This document shows positions 7,909-16,094 of a stretch of 64,000 nt of DNA, in pieces. Origin of the DNA: Lachnospiraceae bacterium. Lineage in GTDB: Bacteria; Bacillota; Clostridia; Lachnospirales; Lachnospiraceae. The DNA is taken from positions 1-64,000 of the forward strand of contig JAZQNN010000031.1 in NCBI GenBank assembly GCA_045627365.1, given 5' to 3'. The translations under genes and the position numbers were made by a program. The notes under the pieces were generated by a model. The model had not been told where the DNA came from. It saw only the letters and a list, made by a program, of their open reading frames with translations, and did not search any database. The number at the start of each line of letters is the position of its first letter. Position 1 is the first letter of the stretch.

Positions 7909-10236
7909 TCAAAGGCATGTGCTCACACGGGCAATGCCTTTTTTATTTACCTCAACATCTATCTCCCCGCACTGTGCAGTTATGTACACTTCCGCTCCCG
8001 AATCCTCGATCCGCTCTACGATTTCCTCGTGCGGATGACCGTAGGAGTTGTCTATCCCGGCGGAAATAATGGCAATACGCGGGCTGACCTCATCGATCAA
8101 TTCCGGGCAGCTCGATGTTCTTGAGCCATGATGTGATACCTTGAGAAGGTCATAACTGTCATGGACACTGCCTTTATTTACGAGTTTCTTCTCTTCTTCT
8201 GCCGGCAGATCGCCCATGAAAAGTGCCCTGAAATCGCCGTATTCCAGACTCAGAACGGCCGAATATGAGTTAACGTCATCGCTATAAAATCCCTTTTCAG
8301 GATGAATGCAGGATATCTTAAGGTCTTTATCCGCCAGCTTAAGTCCGCTGAATGCGTCTATCACTTCGCAGTCAGCCGTCCCGGCCGCGCTTACCAGTTG
8401 CTGCCATTTTTCGTTATCTTCTATGCGCGGCAGTATAAGGCACGATATACTGATCCCGCTTTTCGGTCTTTCCAGCATCTCGAGCACCGCCGACATATGA
8501 TCTCTTTCCGGGTGTGTCACAAATACATAGTCAAGTTCTGAGATCCCACGATATTTCAAAGTGCTTTCCAATCGGTATTCATATACGGAACTGATTCCGG
8601 ACGATCCGCAATCTATCAGTATTTTCGTACCTTCAGCAGTTTCGATCAGCGCAGAGTCGCCCTGATCCACATCAATGAATGAAATCGTCAGTTCTTTACT
8701 CGCCGGTCTGATGATCAACACTACTGACATGATCAGGAATACGGCGCAAACGGTCAGTTTTCTGACGCGGCTTTTAATGCCCATAAGGGATGCGATCTGA
8801 ACGCATATGAAAAGCAGTGCGTAATAAACGGCTATCTGCCATATCTTGGGAGCACCGGTGATCAGCCTCCCGTATGGGAGGCTTGCTGTGAGGGTGCACG
8901 CCCATTCGATGGACCTGACAAGATACACGCCTGCGCCGATAAAGAGCCTTCCAAATCCCCGTCGGATAATTCCTGCAGCCGCGCCTGCCATGTCGCTTTC
9001 AAGGACGTATTTTACTAACGGCACCACCAGCATATTTACCAGCGGACTGTATGGAGAAAACTCGTAATAATTGGCCGCAATTATCGGAAGCGTTGCCAGA
9101 GCCACTGACGCGCTCATAATGAGAGCCGCCCCTGCGCGGTCTGCTCTTTTTTCTTCATTTGTCCACCTGGCCAGCTTGTTGACAACCGTCCTTACAGAAA
9201 GGCGAAGTTTCCTAAGCGCAAAAAGTAAGCCCTTCCCGCCGGGACCTATGACAGCCTTTTTCTGATTTTCATTTTCGGCTGTGTTTTTAAGAAACAGCCC
9301 TGCCATAGGCTTTCCCACATAAGTAAATGCCGCAAGCGCGGCCACTGACATATGAAGGCCGCTGTACGTGGCTATGAACGGATTATCCAGAATCAGAATG
9401 ATACAGCTTAAACTGAGGGCACATACGCAATCGTATGTCTTCCCAATGCCCATCGCCACAAGGTACACGGCAAACATGATCAGCGCCCTGACCGACGTGG
9501 GCGAGGCTCCGCTCATAACGCAGAAGCACCCGACCACCGCAAGCGCAACCACCGCCGAATAAACATAGGCCAGCCTGCGCCTTAAGATGCGGTACACGCC
9601 CATTCCGATCATAGATATATGCAGCCCGGATATCGCAAGTATATGCGCGATGCCTGCAGCCTTGAATATATCCTTCGTCTCTCCGGTAAGGTCATTTCTG
9701 TCTCCCGTAAGGATCGCGTTAAGCACTCCAAGCGCGGCCTCACCCTCACGGCTTCCTTCCGTGATATCTTCAAGGCTTTCTATCAGCCGCCCCTTAAGAT
9801 TCTTAAGTAACTCGGCTATGTGATCGATCTTTCCGTCATTGCTCTGTATTCTCACCAGTTTGAAGGCAAAGAATGTTCCCATTGCCCTCCGGTATTTAAG
9901 CTCGTCAAAATTCCCTTTGTTGCGTGCCGGCGAGAAAGCGCTATACGTTGCCCTGCATGTCAGTGTGTTTCCTATCTTCAGAGAGTCTGGCTTGTTGCCT
10001 GAGACCTTCAAGATCACGCGTCCCGCCTTCTTTCCGCCTGCAACTGACCTTTTCAGATAAACATTGCAGCTGTATTGATATTCATCGATGCGGTATATAA
10101 CTCCGCTCAAGGTAACCAATGCCTTGTCATCAAGATCAAATTGCGGCATAAACGCGCGCGGGAAAAAAGTCACTCCCGCATACGCGAAAATAAAAAGCAG
10201 CAAAGCACACAGGGCCAGCGGTCTTCTCAGTGTCAC
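7909..10236 (-). CDS. comEC: DNA internalization competence protein ComEC/Rec2 (with C-terminal metallo-beta-lactamase domain)
   Basis: 775 aa polytopic membrane protein with a ComEC core and a C-terminal MBL region (ISFIDVDQGDSALIETAEGTKILIDCGSS, VSHHGS). Confidence 0.85.
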   Translation of the reverse strand: MTLRRPLALCALLLFIFAYAGVTFFPRAFMPQFDLDDKALVTLSGVIYRIDEYQYSCNVYLKRSVAGGKKAGRVILKVSGNKPDSLKIGNTLTCRATYSAFSPARNKGNFDELKYRRAMGTFFAFKLVRIQSNDGKIDHIAELLKNLKGRLIESLEDITEGSREGEAALGVLNAILTGDRNDLTGETKDIFKAAGIAHILAISGLHISMIGMGVYRILRRRLAYVYSAVVALAVVGCFCVMSGASPTSVRALIMFAVYLVAMGIGKTYDCVCALSLSCIILILDNPFIATYSGLHMSVAALAAFTYVGKPMAGLFLKNTAENENQKKAVIGPGGKGLLFALRKLRLSVRTVVNKLARWTNEEKRADRAGAALIMSASVALATLPIIAANYYEFSPYSPLVNMLVVPLVKYVLESDMAGAAAGIIRRGFGRLFIGAGVYLVRSIEWACTLTASLPYGRLITGAPKIWQIAVYYALLFICVQIASLMGIKSRVRKLTVCAVFLIMSVVLIIRPASKELTISFIDVDQGDSALIETAEGTKILIDCGSSGISSVYEYRLESTLKYRGISELDYVFVTHPERDHMSAVLEMLERPKSGISISCLILPRIEDNEKWQQLVSAAGTADCEVIDAFSGLKLADKDLKISCIHPEKGFYSDDVNSYSAVLSLEYGDFRALFMGDLPAEEEKKLVNKGSVHDSYDLLKVSHHGSRTSSCPELIDEVSPRIAIISAGIDNSYGHPHEEIVERIEDSGAEVYITAQCGEIDVEVNKKGIARVSTCL
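7911..7947. terminator. Bidirectional intrinsic terminator shared by the convergent hydrolase gene and comEC, overlapping the last 11 codons of comEC
   Basis: Stem AAAGGCAT...ATGCCTTT (8 bp, 15 nt loop) followed by TTTTTTATTT on the plus strand. On the minus strand the same hairpin is followed by ACUUUAUUCU after the comEC stop. Confidence 0.55.
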
Positions 10237-10248
10237 TATCTACTCCCG

Positions 10249-10575
10249 TCAAATGTTCAGGAAATATCCCTTGCCCCTGAGGGTCTTAAGATATTCCGGT
10301 TTCTTAGGATCTGCCTCTATCTTCGTTCTGAGATTGCATATGTGCGTATCAACTGTTCTGTCATCACCCACCGTCTCGTAGCCCCATACCGCACTCATCA
10401 GTCGTTCCCTCGAAAAAACGGTATTCGGTCTTTCTGCCATAGTCAATATCAGGGAACACTCCATAGCAGTCAGCTGGAACATCCTGTCCCGGATATATAG
10501 CCTCCTCGCCCGTTCATCGATCCAGAACCCCCTGCGTGATATGCCTTTTTTCAATGCCTTACCTTCATCGTTCAT
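10249..10575 (-). CDS. Orphan OmpR/PhoB-type winged-helix DNA-binding domain protein (no receiver domain)
   Basis: 108 aa covering a complete trans_reg_C-like domain: LTAMECSLILTMAERPNTVFSRERLMSAVWG...DRTVDTHICNLRTKIE...LKTLRGKGYFL. ATG 10575 is 13 nt after the comEA TGA stop. Confidence 0.7.
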   Translation of the reverse strand: MNDEGKALKKGISRRGFWIDERARRLYIRDRMFQLTAMECSLILTMAERPNTVFSRERLMSAVWGYETVGDDRTVDTHICNLRTKIEADPKKPEYLKTLRGKGYFLNI

Positions 10576-10588
10576 TTTGCACCTGCGC

Positions 10589-11260
10589 TCAAACTTTTAT
10601 GTATTTCTTTATCTTCGCAAAAGAGCCTTCCTTGATCCCGGCGACGTTCATAACTTCCTCGATGCTTGCAAATCCGCCGACTTCCTGCCGGTATTCTATG
10701 ATTGCCCTGGCCTTGGACTCGCCTATCCCGGACAGTTGCTGAAGCTCTGCCTCGGTTGCCGTGTTAAGGTCGATCAGTCCGTCTTCCACGCCTGTGGCGG
10801 TGCCCTGGGACTTTTTGGCCGTGGTCTGCAAAACCTCCGTTTGAGGAAGCTCCCCTTTTATCACCTCTTCAATGGACGGGATATAGATCTGCTCGCCGTC
10901 AGCGGCCTCCCTGGCAAGGTTTACATACCATGAAGCCGCATCCTCAGCCAGGCCTCCTGCCGCTTCAACTGCCTCAAATACACGTCCTCCCGCTTCAAGC
11001 CAATATATGCCCGGCTGCAGGACGGAACCGCAGATATAGACACAGATTCGGGAAGCTTTTGTCTCCTCGCTTTCCTGATCGGATGTGGTCTCTTCTTCAG
11101 AATGCGCACTGAAAGAGGCGGATGATTCCTCATCGACCGTCAGAAGCATATCCCGGGCCCCTTCACGGGGCCCTTCTTTTGTACTACAGCTGTAAATCAG
11201 ACCCGCGGCAACGACAATAGCCGCGGCTGAAAGAATTTTTATAGACTTTTTTATCTTCAT
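10589..11260 (-). CDS. comEA: Competence protein ComEA (membrane anchor, SLBB, helix-hairpin-helix DNA-binding domain)
   Basis: N-terminal TM, acidic linker, and a C-terminal HhH domain (IDLNTATEAELQQLSGIGESKARAIIEYRQEVGGFASIEEV). Ends with TGA. Confidence 0.8.
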   Translation of the reverse strand: MKIKKSIKILSAAAIVVAAGLIYSCSTKEGPREGARDMLLTVDEESSASFSAHSEEETTSDQESEETKASRICVYICGSVLQPGIYWLEAGGRVFEAVEAAGGLAEDAASWYVNLAREAADGEQIYIPSIEEVIKGELPQTEVLQTTAKKSQGTATGVEDGLIDLNTATEAELQQLSGIGESKARAIIEYRQEVGGFASIEEVMNVAGIKEGSFAKIKKYIKV

Positions 11261-11288
11261 ATTCTTCTCCGTCAGAAAGGAGAAGAAT
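11261..11288 (-). promoter_or_regulatory. Perfect 10 bp inverted repeat (8 nt loop) that pairs the comEA Shine-Dalgarno; candidate translational control element
   Basis: ATTCTTCTCC-GTCAGAAA-GGAGAAGAAT. In the minus-strand mRNA the 3' arm GGAGAAGAAU lies immediately 5' of the comEA AUG, so the GGAG Shine-Dalgarno is inside the stem. No U-tract follows. Confidence 0.5.
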
Positions 11289-11295
11289 CTTCTGT

Positions 11296-13266
11296 TTACT
11301 CAGATTTTTTACTTGATTTTGTTGCCTTCGGCTTGGTCCATGACGAATAATCGCACTGCGGATATCCCTCACATCCGTAGAACACTCTGCCGGTCCTGGT
11401 ATGCTTAACGATTATATCCTTCCCGCAGTTAGGACACTTGACGCCGATCTTCTCTACGTAAGGCATCGTATTCTTGCAGTCCGGAAAGCCCGGGCAGGCA
11501 AGGAACTTGCCATGCGGTCCCTGCTTAACGACCATATGACGGCCGCATTTGTCGCATACTACGTCAGTTTCCTCTTCCTTCAGAGTAACTTTCTTAAGAC
11601 TTGTCTGCGCCTTGTCAACAGATTCCTTCAGCTGCGGATAAAACTCGTGCATGAGTTCCTTCCACTGTTTCTCGCCTGTTGCGACCTTATCGAGCTGTTC
11701 CTCAATATTTGCGGTGAACTTGATATCTACGATCGACGGGAAGCCCGCAACCATAACTTCATTTACTGCCTTGCCAAGCTCGGTGATGAGAAGGCTCTTC
11801 TTGTCTTTCTTAACGTACCTGCGCGCCTGAATGGTATCGATCGTTGCCGAATAGGTACTCGGGCGTCCTATACCCTCTTCCTCCATAGCCTTAACTAAAG
11901 ATGCCTCTGTATAATGTGCCGGAGGCTGGGTAAAATGCTGACTTCCTTCGTATTTTACGTCCGTAATCTCGCTGTCAAGCTGAAGATTGCCGATCAGTGC
12001 GCTCTTCGCCTCGTCTTCGTCATCAGATAATGTATAAACACGTGTATATCCGTCAAAAAACACCTTGGATGCACTAGCCTTGAAAAGATATGAACCGCAC
12101 AGGAACGATGCCTGAGTGATCTCAAGCTTCTGTGCAGTCATACGGCTTGCCACAAACCTTTTCCAGATCAGCTGATACAGCTTGAATTCATCTTTATCCA
12201 GTACAGCTTCCTGTGATTCCGGCGTAACATTGATATCAGTCGGTCTGATAGCCTCGTGCGCATCCTGCACGTTGCTCTTCTTATCTCCGCCCGACTTGCT
12301 GAAGCTTACGTATTCCTTACCGTATGTAGATGCAATATAGCCCTGCGCCATTTTAAGCGCATCATCGGATATTCTCACAGAGTCAGTACGCAGATATGTG
12401 ATCATACCGTTCTCATACAGCTGCTGTGCAACACGCATCGTCTTGGATGTAGAGAAATTAAGTGCTTTATTCGCCTCCTGCTGCAGTGAACTCGTCACGA
12501 ATGCAAATGGCGGTTTCTTCTCTTTCTTGGATGTCTTTACCTCGTAAACAGAAGCCTTCTTGCCTTCCAGTTCTCCAAGGATCTTCTCGTATTCTTCCTT
12601 GCAGTGGATATCTATTTTCTTCTTGGGTGTTCCGTAAAAGCGGGCAACTATCGGCTTTTTCTCGCCCTTAACGCTTATTGAAGCGTCCAGCTCCCAGTAC
12701 TCTTCCGGAACAAATGCATCGATCTCCGCATCTCTGTCGCAGATCATTCTTACTGCAACTGACTGTACACGACCGGCGCTTAAGTTGCGCTTGACCTTGC
12801 TCCAGAGGATCGGGCTGATGCTGTATCCAACAAGTCTGTCGAGCACTCTTCTGGCCTGCTGCGCGTCAACGAGATTCATGTCGATGTCACGCGGCTTCTG
12901 AAGTGATGCCGTGATCGCGCTCTTGGTGATCTCATTAAAAGTGATCCTGGCCTGCTTCTTCGGATCCAGTTTCAGGATCTGCGCCAAATGCCAGCTTATA
13001 GCTTCCCCTTCACGGTCCGGGTCTGTTGCCAGATAAACCATATCCGCATCCGTTGCAAGCTTCTTTAACTCCACCAGTGTGTCGGTCTTTCCACTGATTA
13101 TTATGTACTTCGGCTCGAAGTCCTTCTCGATGTCTATTCCCATTGTACTTTGGGGCAGATCCCTGACATGACCTTTAGAGGCAACGATGTTGTAGCCTTC
13201 GCCGAGATATTTCTTTATTGTTTTAATTTTTGTCGGTGATTCGACAATGATAAGATTATTCGACAT
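11296..13266 (-). CDS. topA: DNA topoisomerase I
   Basis: Begins MSNNLIIVESPTKIKTIKKYLG with the TOPRIM domain. The catalytic region is ...YLRTDS... Multiple C4 zinc ribbons at the C-terminus. ATG 13266 follows a GGAGGT Shine-Dalgarno. Confidence 0.9.
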   Translation of the reverse strand: MSNNLIIVESPTKIKTIKKYLGEGYNIVASKGHVRDLPQSTMGIDIEKDFEPKYIIISGKTDTLVELKKLATDADMVYLATDPDREGEAISWHLAQILKLDPKKQARITFNEITKSAITASLQKPRDIDMNLVDAQQARRVLDRLVGYSISPILWSKVKRNLSAGRVQSVAVRMICDRDAEIDAFVPEEYWELDASISVKGEKKPIVARFYGTPKKKIDIHCKEEYEKILGELEGKKASVYEVKTSKKEKKPPFAFVTSSLQQEANKALNFSTSKTMRVAQQLYENGMITYLRTDSVRISDDALKMAQGYIASTYGKEYVSFSKSGGDKKSNVQDAHEAIRPTDINVTPESQEAVLDKDEFKLYQLIWKRFVASRMTAQKLEITQASFLCGSYLFKASASKVFFDGYTRVYTLSDDEDEAKSALIGNLQLDSEITDVKYEGSQHFTQPPAHYTEASLVKAMEEEGIGRPSTYSATIDTIQARRYVKKDKKSLLITELGKAVNEVMVAGFPSIVDIKFTANIEEQLDKVATGEKQWKELMHEFYPQLKESVDKAQTSLKKVTLKEEETDVVCDKCGRHMVVKQGPHGKFLACPGFPDCKNTMPYVEKIGVKCPNCGKDIIVKHTRTGRVFYGCEGYPQCDYSSWTKPKATKSSKKSE

Positions 13267-13326
13267 ATCTACCTCCAGCGTTTTTAATAGATAACACTTC
13301 ACTCTATGGTCTGTCAACCCCTGTTT

Positions 13327-14415
13327 TTATTTTGCGTAAAAGTCTTTTGTGACTTCACACACCAGCCCGAGGAGCTCCAATTCGGTCAATGCAGCGGCCG
13401 CATCGGTCTCAGGAATACCGGCTCTTTCCGCGATAAATAAAACACTCTTCGGATATCTGTCCACGCATCTGAAGACCGTCTTCAGCCGTTCATCTTCGGG
13501 CTCCTGAATGGTCCCTGAAGACGCCTTGGCCGGCTCTTTGAACACTCCTGTAATGTCCTCCAGGAGCTGTTCCTTGCTGACGATGATCTCTGCCCCGTCA
13601 GCTATCAGCCGGTTGCAGCCCTCACTTAAAGTGTCGTCGATCCGCCCCGGAAGAGCATAAATATCCTTGCCCTGATTCAGCGCATAAGCTGCGGTTATCA
13701 GCGTCCCGCTGTGTTTGCCGGCCTCAATGACCACTAAAGAATCCGACAGCGCGGCGATCAGCCTGTTCCTGTGCGGAAACTGCCACGGCGCCGGCGCCGT
13801 ACCCGGCGGATACTCCGAGATGACTCCTCCGCCTGAGAGCGCGATCTGATAATAAAGCTCAATATTATCCTTGGGATATATGACATCTATCCCGCTTCCG
13901 AGCACGGCAAATGTCCTGCCGCTCACGTCCAGCGCACCCTTGGCACTGTACGCATCGATCCCATGCGCCATCCCGCTTATTATCTGTACGCCGCAGGCAG
14001 CAAGTGAGCCGGCAAGATCTATCGCCGAATCCCTCCCGTAAAATGAACATGAACGGGCTCCCACCATGCCGACGGAAAGGCGGCCGGGATTCGGAAGATT
14101 CCCCTTCACATACAATGAGAACGGGCAGTCCTGCAAGACCTTAAGCCTTTTGGGGAAAGTCCGACATTCTCTATATATAAATTGTATTCCTTCATCTTTA
14201 AGCTTCTCCAGATCGCGAAGACGCCTGATATACTCCTCGGTATCGGTCAGATTATATACTATGTCCTTATCGATACCCGGGACAGCAAGAAGCTGCTCTG
14301 CCTTGGCCGTAAGGACCTTCTCAGGGCTGCCAAACGTCTCCAGAAGCGCAGCTATTCCTTTCTGCCACAGATTCGGGCACGAACATAAACAATACCAACG
14401 ATCCTCTTCTGTCAT
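13327..14415 (-). CDS. dprA: DNA processing protein DprA/Smf
   Basis: Rossmann-like DprA core (VGARSCSFYGRDSAIDLAGSLAACGVQIISGMAHGIDAYSAKGAL, LIAALSDSLVVIEAGKHSGTLITAAYALNQGKDIYALPG) plus a C-terminal winged helix. Confidence 0.85.
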   Translation of the reverse strand: MTEEDRWYCLCSCPNLWQKGIAALLETFGSPEKVLTAKAEQLLAVPGIDKDIVYNLTDTEEYIRRLRDLEKLKDEGIQFIYRECRTFPKRLKVLQDCPFSLYVKGNLPNPGRLSVGMVGARSCSFYGRDSAIDLAGSLAACGVQIISGMAHGIDAYSAKGALDVSGRTFAVLGSGIDVIYPKDNIELYYQIALSGGGVISEYPPGTAPAPWQFPHRNRLIAALSDSLVVIEAGKHSGTLITAAYALNQGKDIYALPGRIDDTLSEGCNRLIADGAEIIVSKEQLLEDITGVFKEPAKASSGTIQEPEDERLKTVFRCVDRYPKSVLFIAERAGIPETDAAAALTELELLGLVCEVTKDFYAK

Positions 14416-14426
14416 AATAACCTCCT

Positions 14427-15950
14427 TTAATTGCTGATATAAGAATTCCTGTAGCCGATCGCCTCCAGGATGTGTTCTTGCCTGATGTCGGCAAACCCTT
14501 CGATATCCGCTATCGTCCGTGCGACCTTCAACACCTTGTAATATCCCCTGGCCGAAAGATTGTACTTATCATAAGCTTTAGCCAGAAGGTCCCTGCTCCT
14601 GCCGTCAAGCGTGCAGAAAGTATCAGCCTCCGTCTTGGACATCTGCGAATTGAAGTTAATCGCAAGGCCTTTAAATCTTTCGCTCTGGGCAGCCCCGGCC
14701 GTCTCGACCATCTGCCGCATCTTCTCTGACGTCATTCCGCCCGGATCGTCAGAAAGGTCCTTCATCTGTACCCTCGATATTCCTACGCAGATATCGACCC
14801 TGTCAATGATCGGTCCCTTTATCTTCTCAAGATAGCGTCTCACGTCCGAATCGGTGCATTTGCAATGTCTCCTGTCCGGCCAGTATCCGCACTTACACGG
14901 ATTGGTCGCCGCGACCAGCATAAACGCGCACGGAAAATCCACCTGCCTTGACAGTCTGTTGATGCTTATCTTCCCATGCTCCATGGGAAGCCTGAGACTT
15001 TCGACATTCTCCCTTTTGAACTCGGATATCTCGTCCAGGAACAAAACGCCCTTGTGGGCAAGCGTGATCTCGCCCGGCCTGGGATTGCCCATGCCGCCAA
15101 GGAGCGCAGCAGGAGATACCGACTGATGCGGCGACCTGAAAGGCCGCGTCAGAATCATCGAATTGTCCTTCAGGAGCCCCGCAACGCTGTATATCTTAGA
15201 CACCTCCAGACATTCATCTCTGGTCAGCCCCTGGCAAATCGTTGGGATCCTCCTGGCCATCATGCTCTTGCCTGAGCCGGGCGGTCCCACGTATAAGATG
15301 TTATGAAAGCCGGCCACCGCCACCGCAGTCGCCCTCTTGGCCTTCTCCTGGCCTGTGACTTCTCCGAAATCAAGGCTTCTGCGCTCCTGATTGGCCCTTA
15401 AAACCGCGTCAAGGTCCACATGCGCAATCTCTATCATTTCTCCCTTGTTAAGGCCATTGATCAGCGAATTAAGGCTTCCGGCGGTAAATACGCTAAGTCC
15501 GTCAACAACAGCTCCCTCAAATGCATTGGCCGAGGGGATCACGATACTTCCGATCCCCATCTTCCTTGCCATCAAAGCGATGGAAAGCACTCCGTTGACC
15601 TTGTTGATGCTCCCATCAAGACTAAGCTCTCCGATGAAAAGCTTGTCCTTGACCGCGTCCTCACTGATAACGCCGCAGGCGGTAAGAACTGCCACGGCGA
15701 TCGGAAGGTCGAACCCGGATCCCTGCTTGCGCACATTGGCAGGCGAGAGGTTGATGGTTATCCTTCGTGAGGGAAAATCGAGCCCCGAATTAACTATCGC
15801 ACGCTCCACCCTCTCCCTGGCTTCCTTCACCTCGCCCGAGAGAAGACCGACCATGTTAAAGGCCGGAAGACCGCCTGACACGTCTGCCTCGACCGTGATC
15901 AAGGACGCGTCGATCCCGCAAATGTCCGCGCTAAAGACTCTGCAAAACAC
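14427..15950 (-). CDS. comM: YifB/ComM family Mg-chelatase-like AAA+ ATPase
   Basis: Lon-like N-terminal domain, Walker A GPPGSGKS and a ChlI-type AAA core. The start is most likely GTG 15950 (VFCRVFSADICGID...) preceded by GAAAGGAGG. The longer track ORF would include a terminator hairpin. Confidence 0.8.
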   Translation of the reverse strand: MFCRVFSADICGIDASLITVEADVSGGLPAFNMVGLLSGEVKEARERVERAIVNSGLDFPSRRITINLSPANVRKQGSGFDLPIAVAVLTACGVISEDAVKDKLFIGELSLDGSINKVNGVLSIALMARKMGIGSIVIPSANAFEGAVVDGLSVFTAGSLNSLINGLNKGEMIEIAHVDLDAVLRANQERRSLDFGEVTGQEKAKRATAVAVAGFHNILYVGPPGSGKSMMARRIPTICQGLTRDECLEVSKIYSVAGLLKDNSMILTRPFRSPHQSVSPAALLGGMGNPRPGEITLAHKGVLFLDEISEFKRENVESLRLPMEHGKISINRLSRQVDFPCAFMLVAATNPCKCGYWPDRRHCKCTDSDVRRYLEKIKGPIIDRVDICVGISRVQMKDLSDDPGGMTSEKMRQMVETAGAAQSERFKGLAINFNSQMSKTEADTFCTLDGRSRDLLAKAYDKYNLSARGYYKVLKVARTIADIEGFADIRQEHILEAIGYRNSYISN

Positions 15951-16024
15951 ATGCTCCTCCTTTCGGCATCTAAGTGCCGACGTATTCGATTTTTCTAAAA
16001 TAGGAAGCTCCGCCGCGAACGCGG

Positions 16025-16062
16025 CAAAGAAAAACTGTGTGCTACATAATATAGCACACAGT
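16025..16062 (-). terminator. Intrinsic terminator after purL (end of the pyr-pur transcription unit)
   Basis: Minus-strand hairpin ACUGUGUGCUAUAUUAUGUAGCACACAGU (11-12 bp stem) followed by UUUUUCUUU. Confidence 0.75.
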
Positions 16063-16094
16063 CTGAGATAAATCAATAGTTTTGAGGCACTTTT

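Noticed and set aside
10541-11133. ORFs 10541..10933 (+) and 10921..11133 (-) around comEA
   Set aside because: They overlap comEA in other frames or on the other strand. comEA has clear TM, SLBB and HhH architecture and these do not.
15951-16076. N-terminal 42 aa extension of the comM ORF (MIYLRLCAIL...) in the ORF track
   Set aside because: The extension spans the purL terminator hairpin and U-tract. A GTG with a strong Shine-Dalgarno at 15950 gives the canonical YifB N-terminus.
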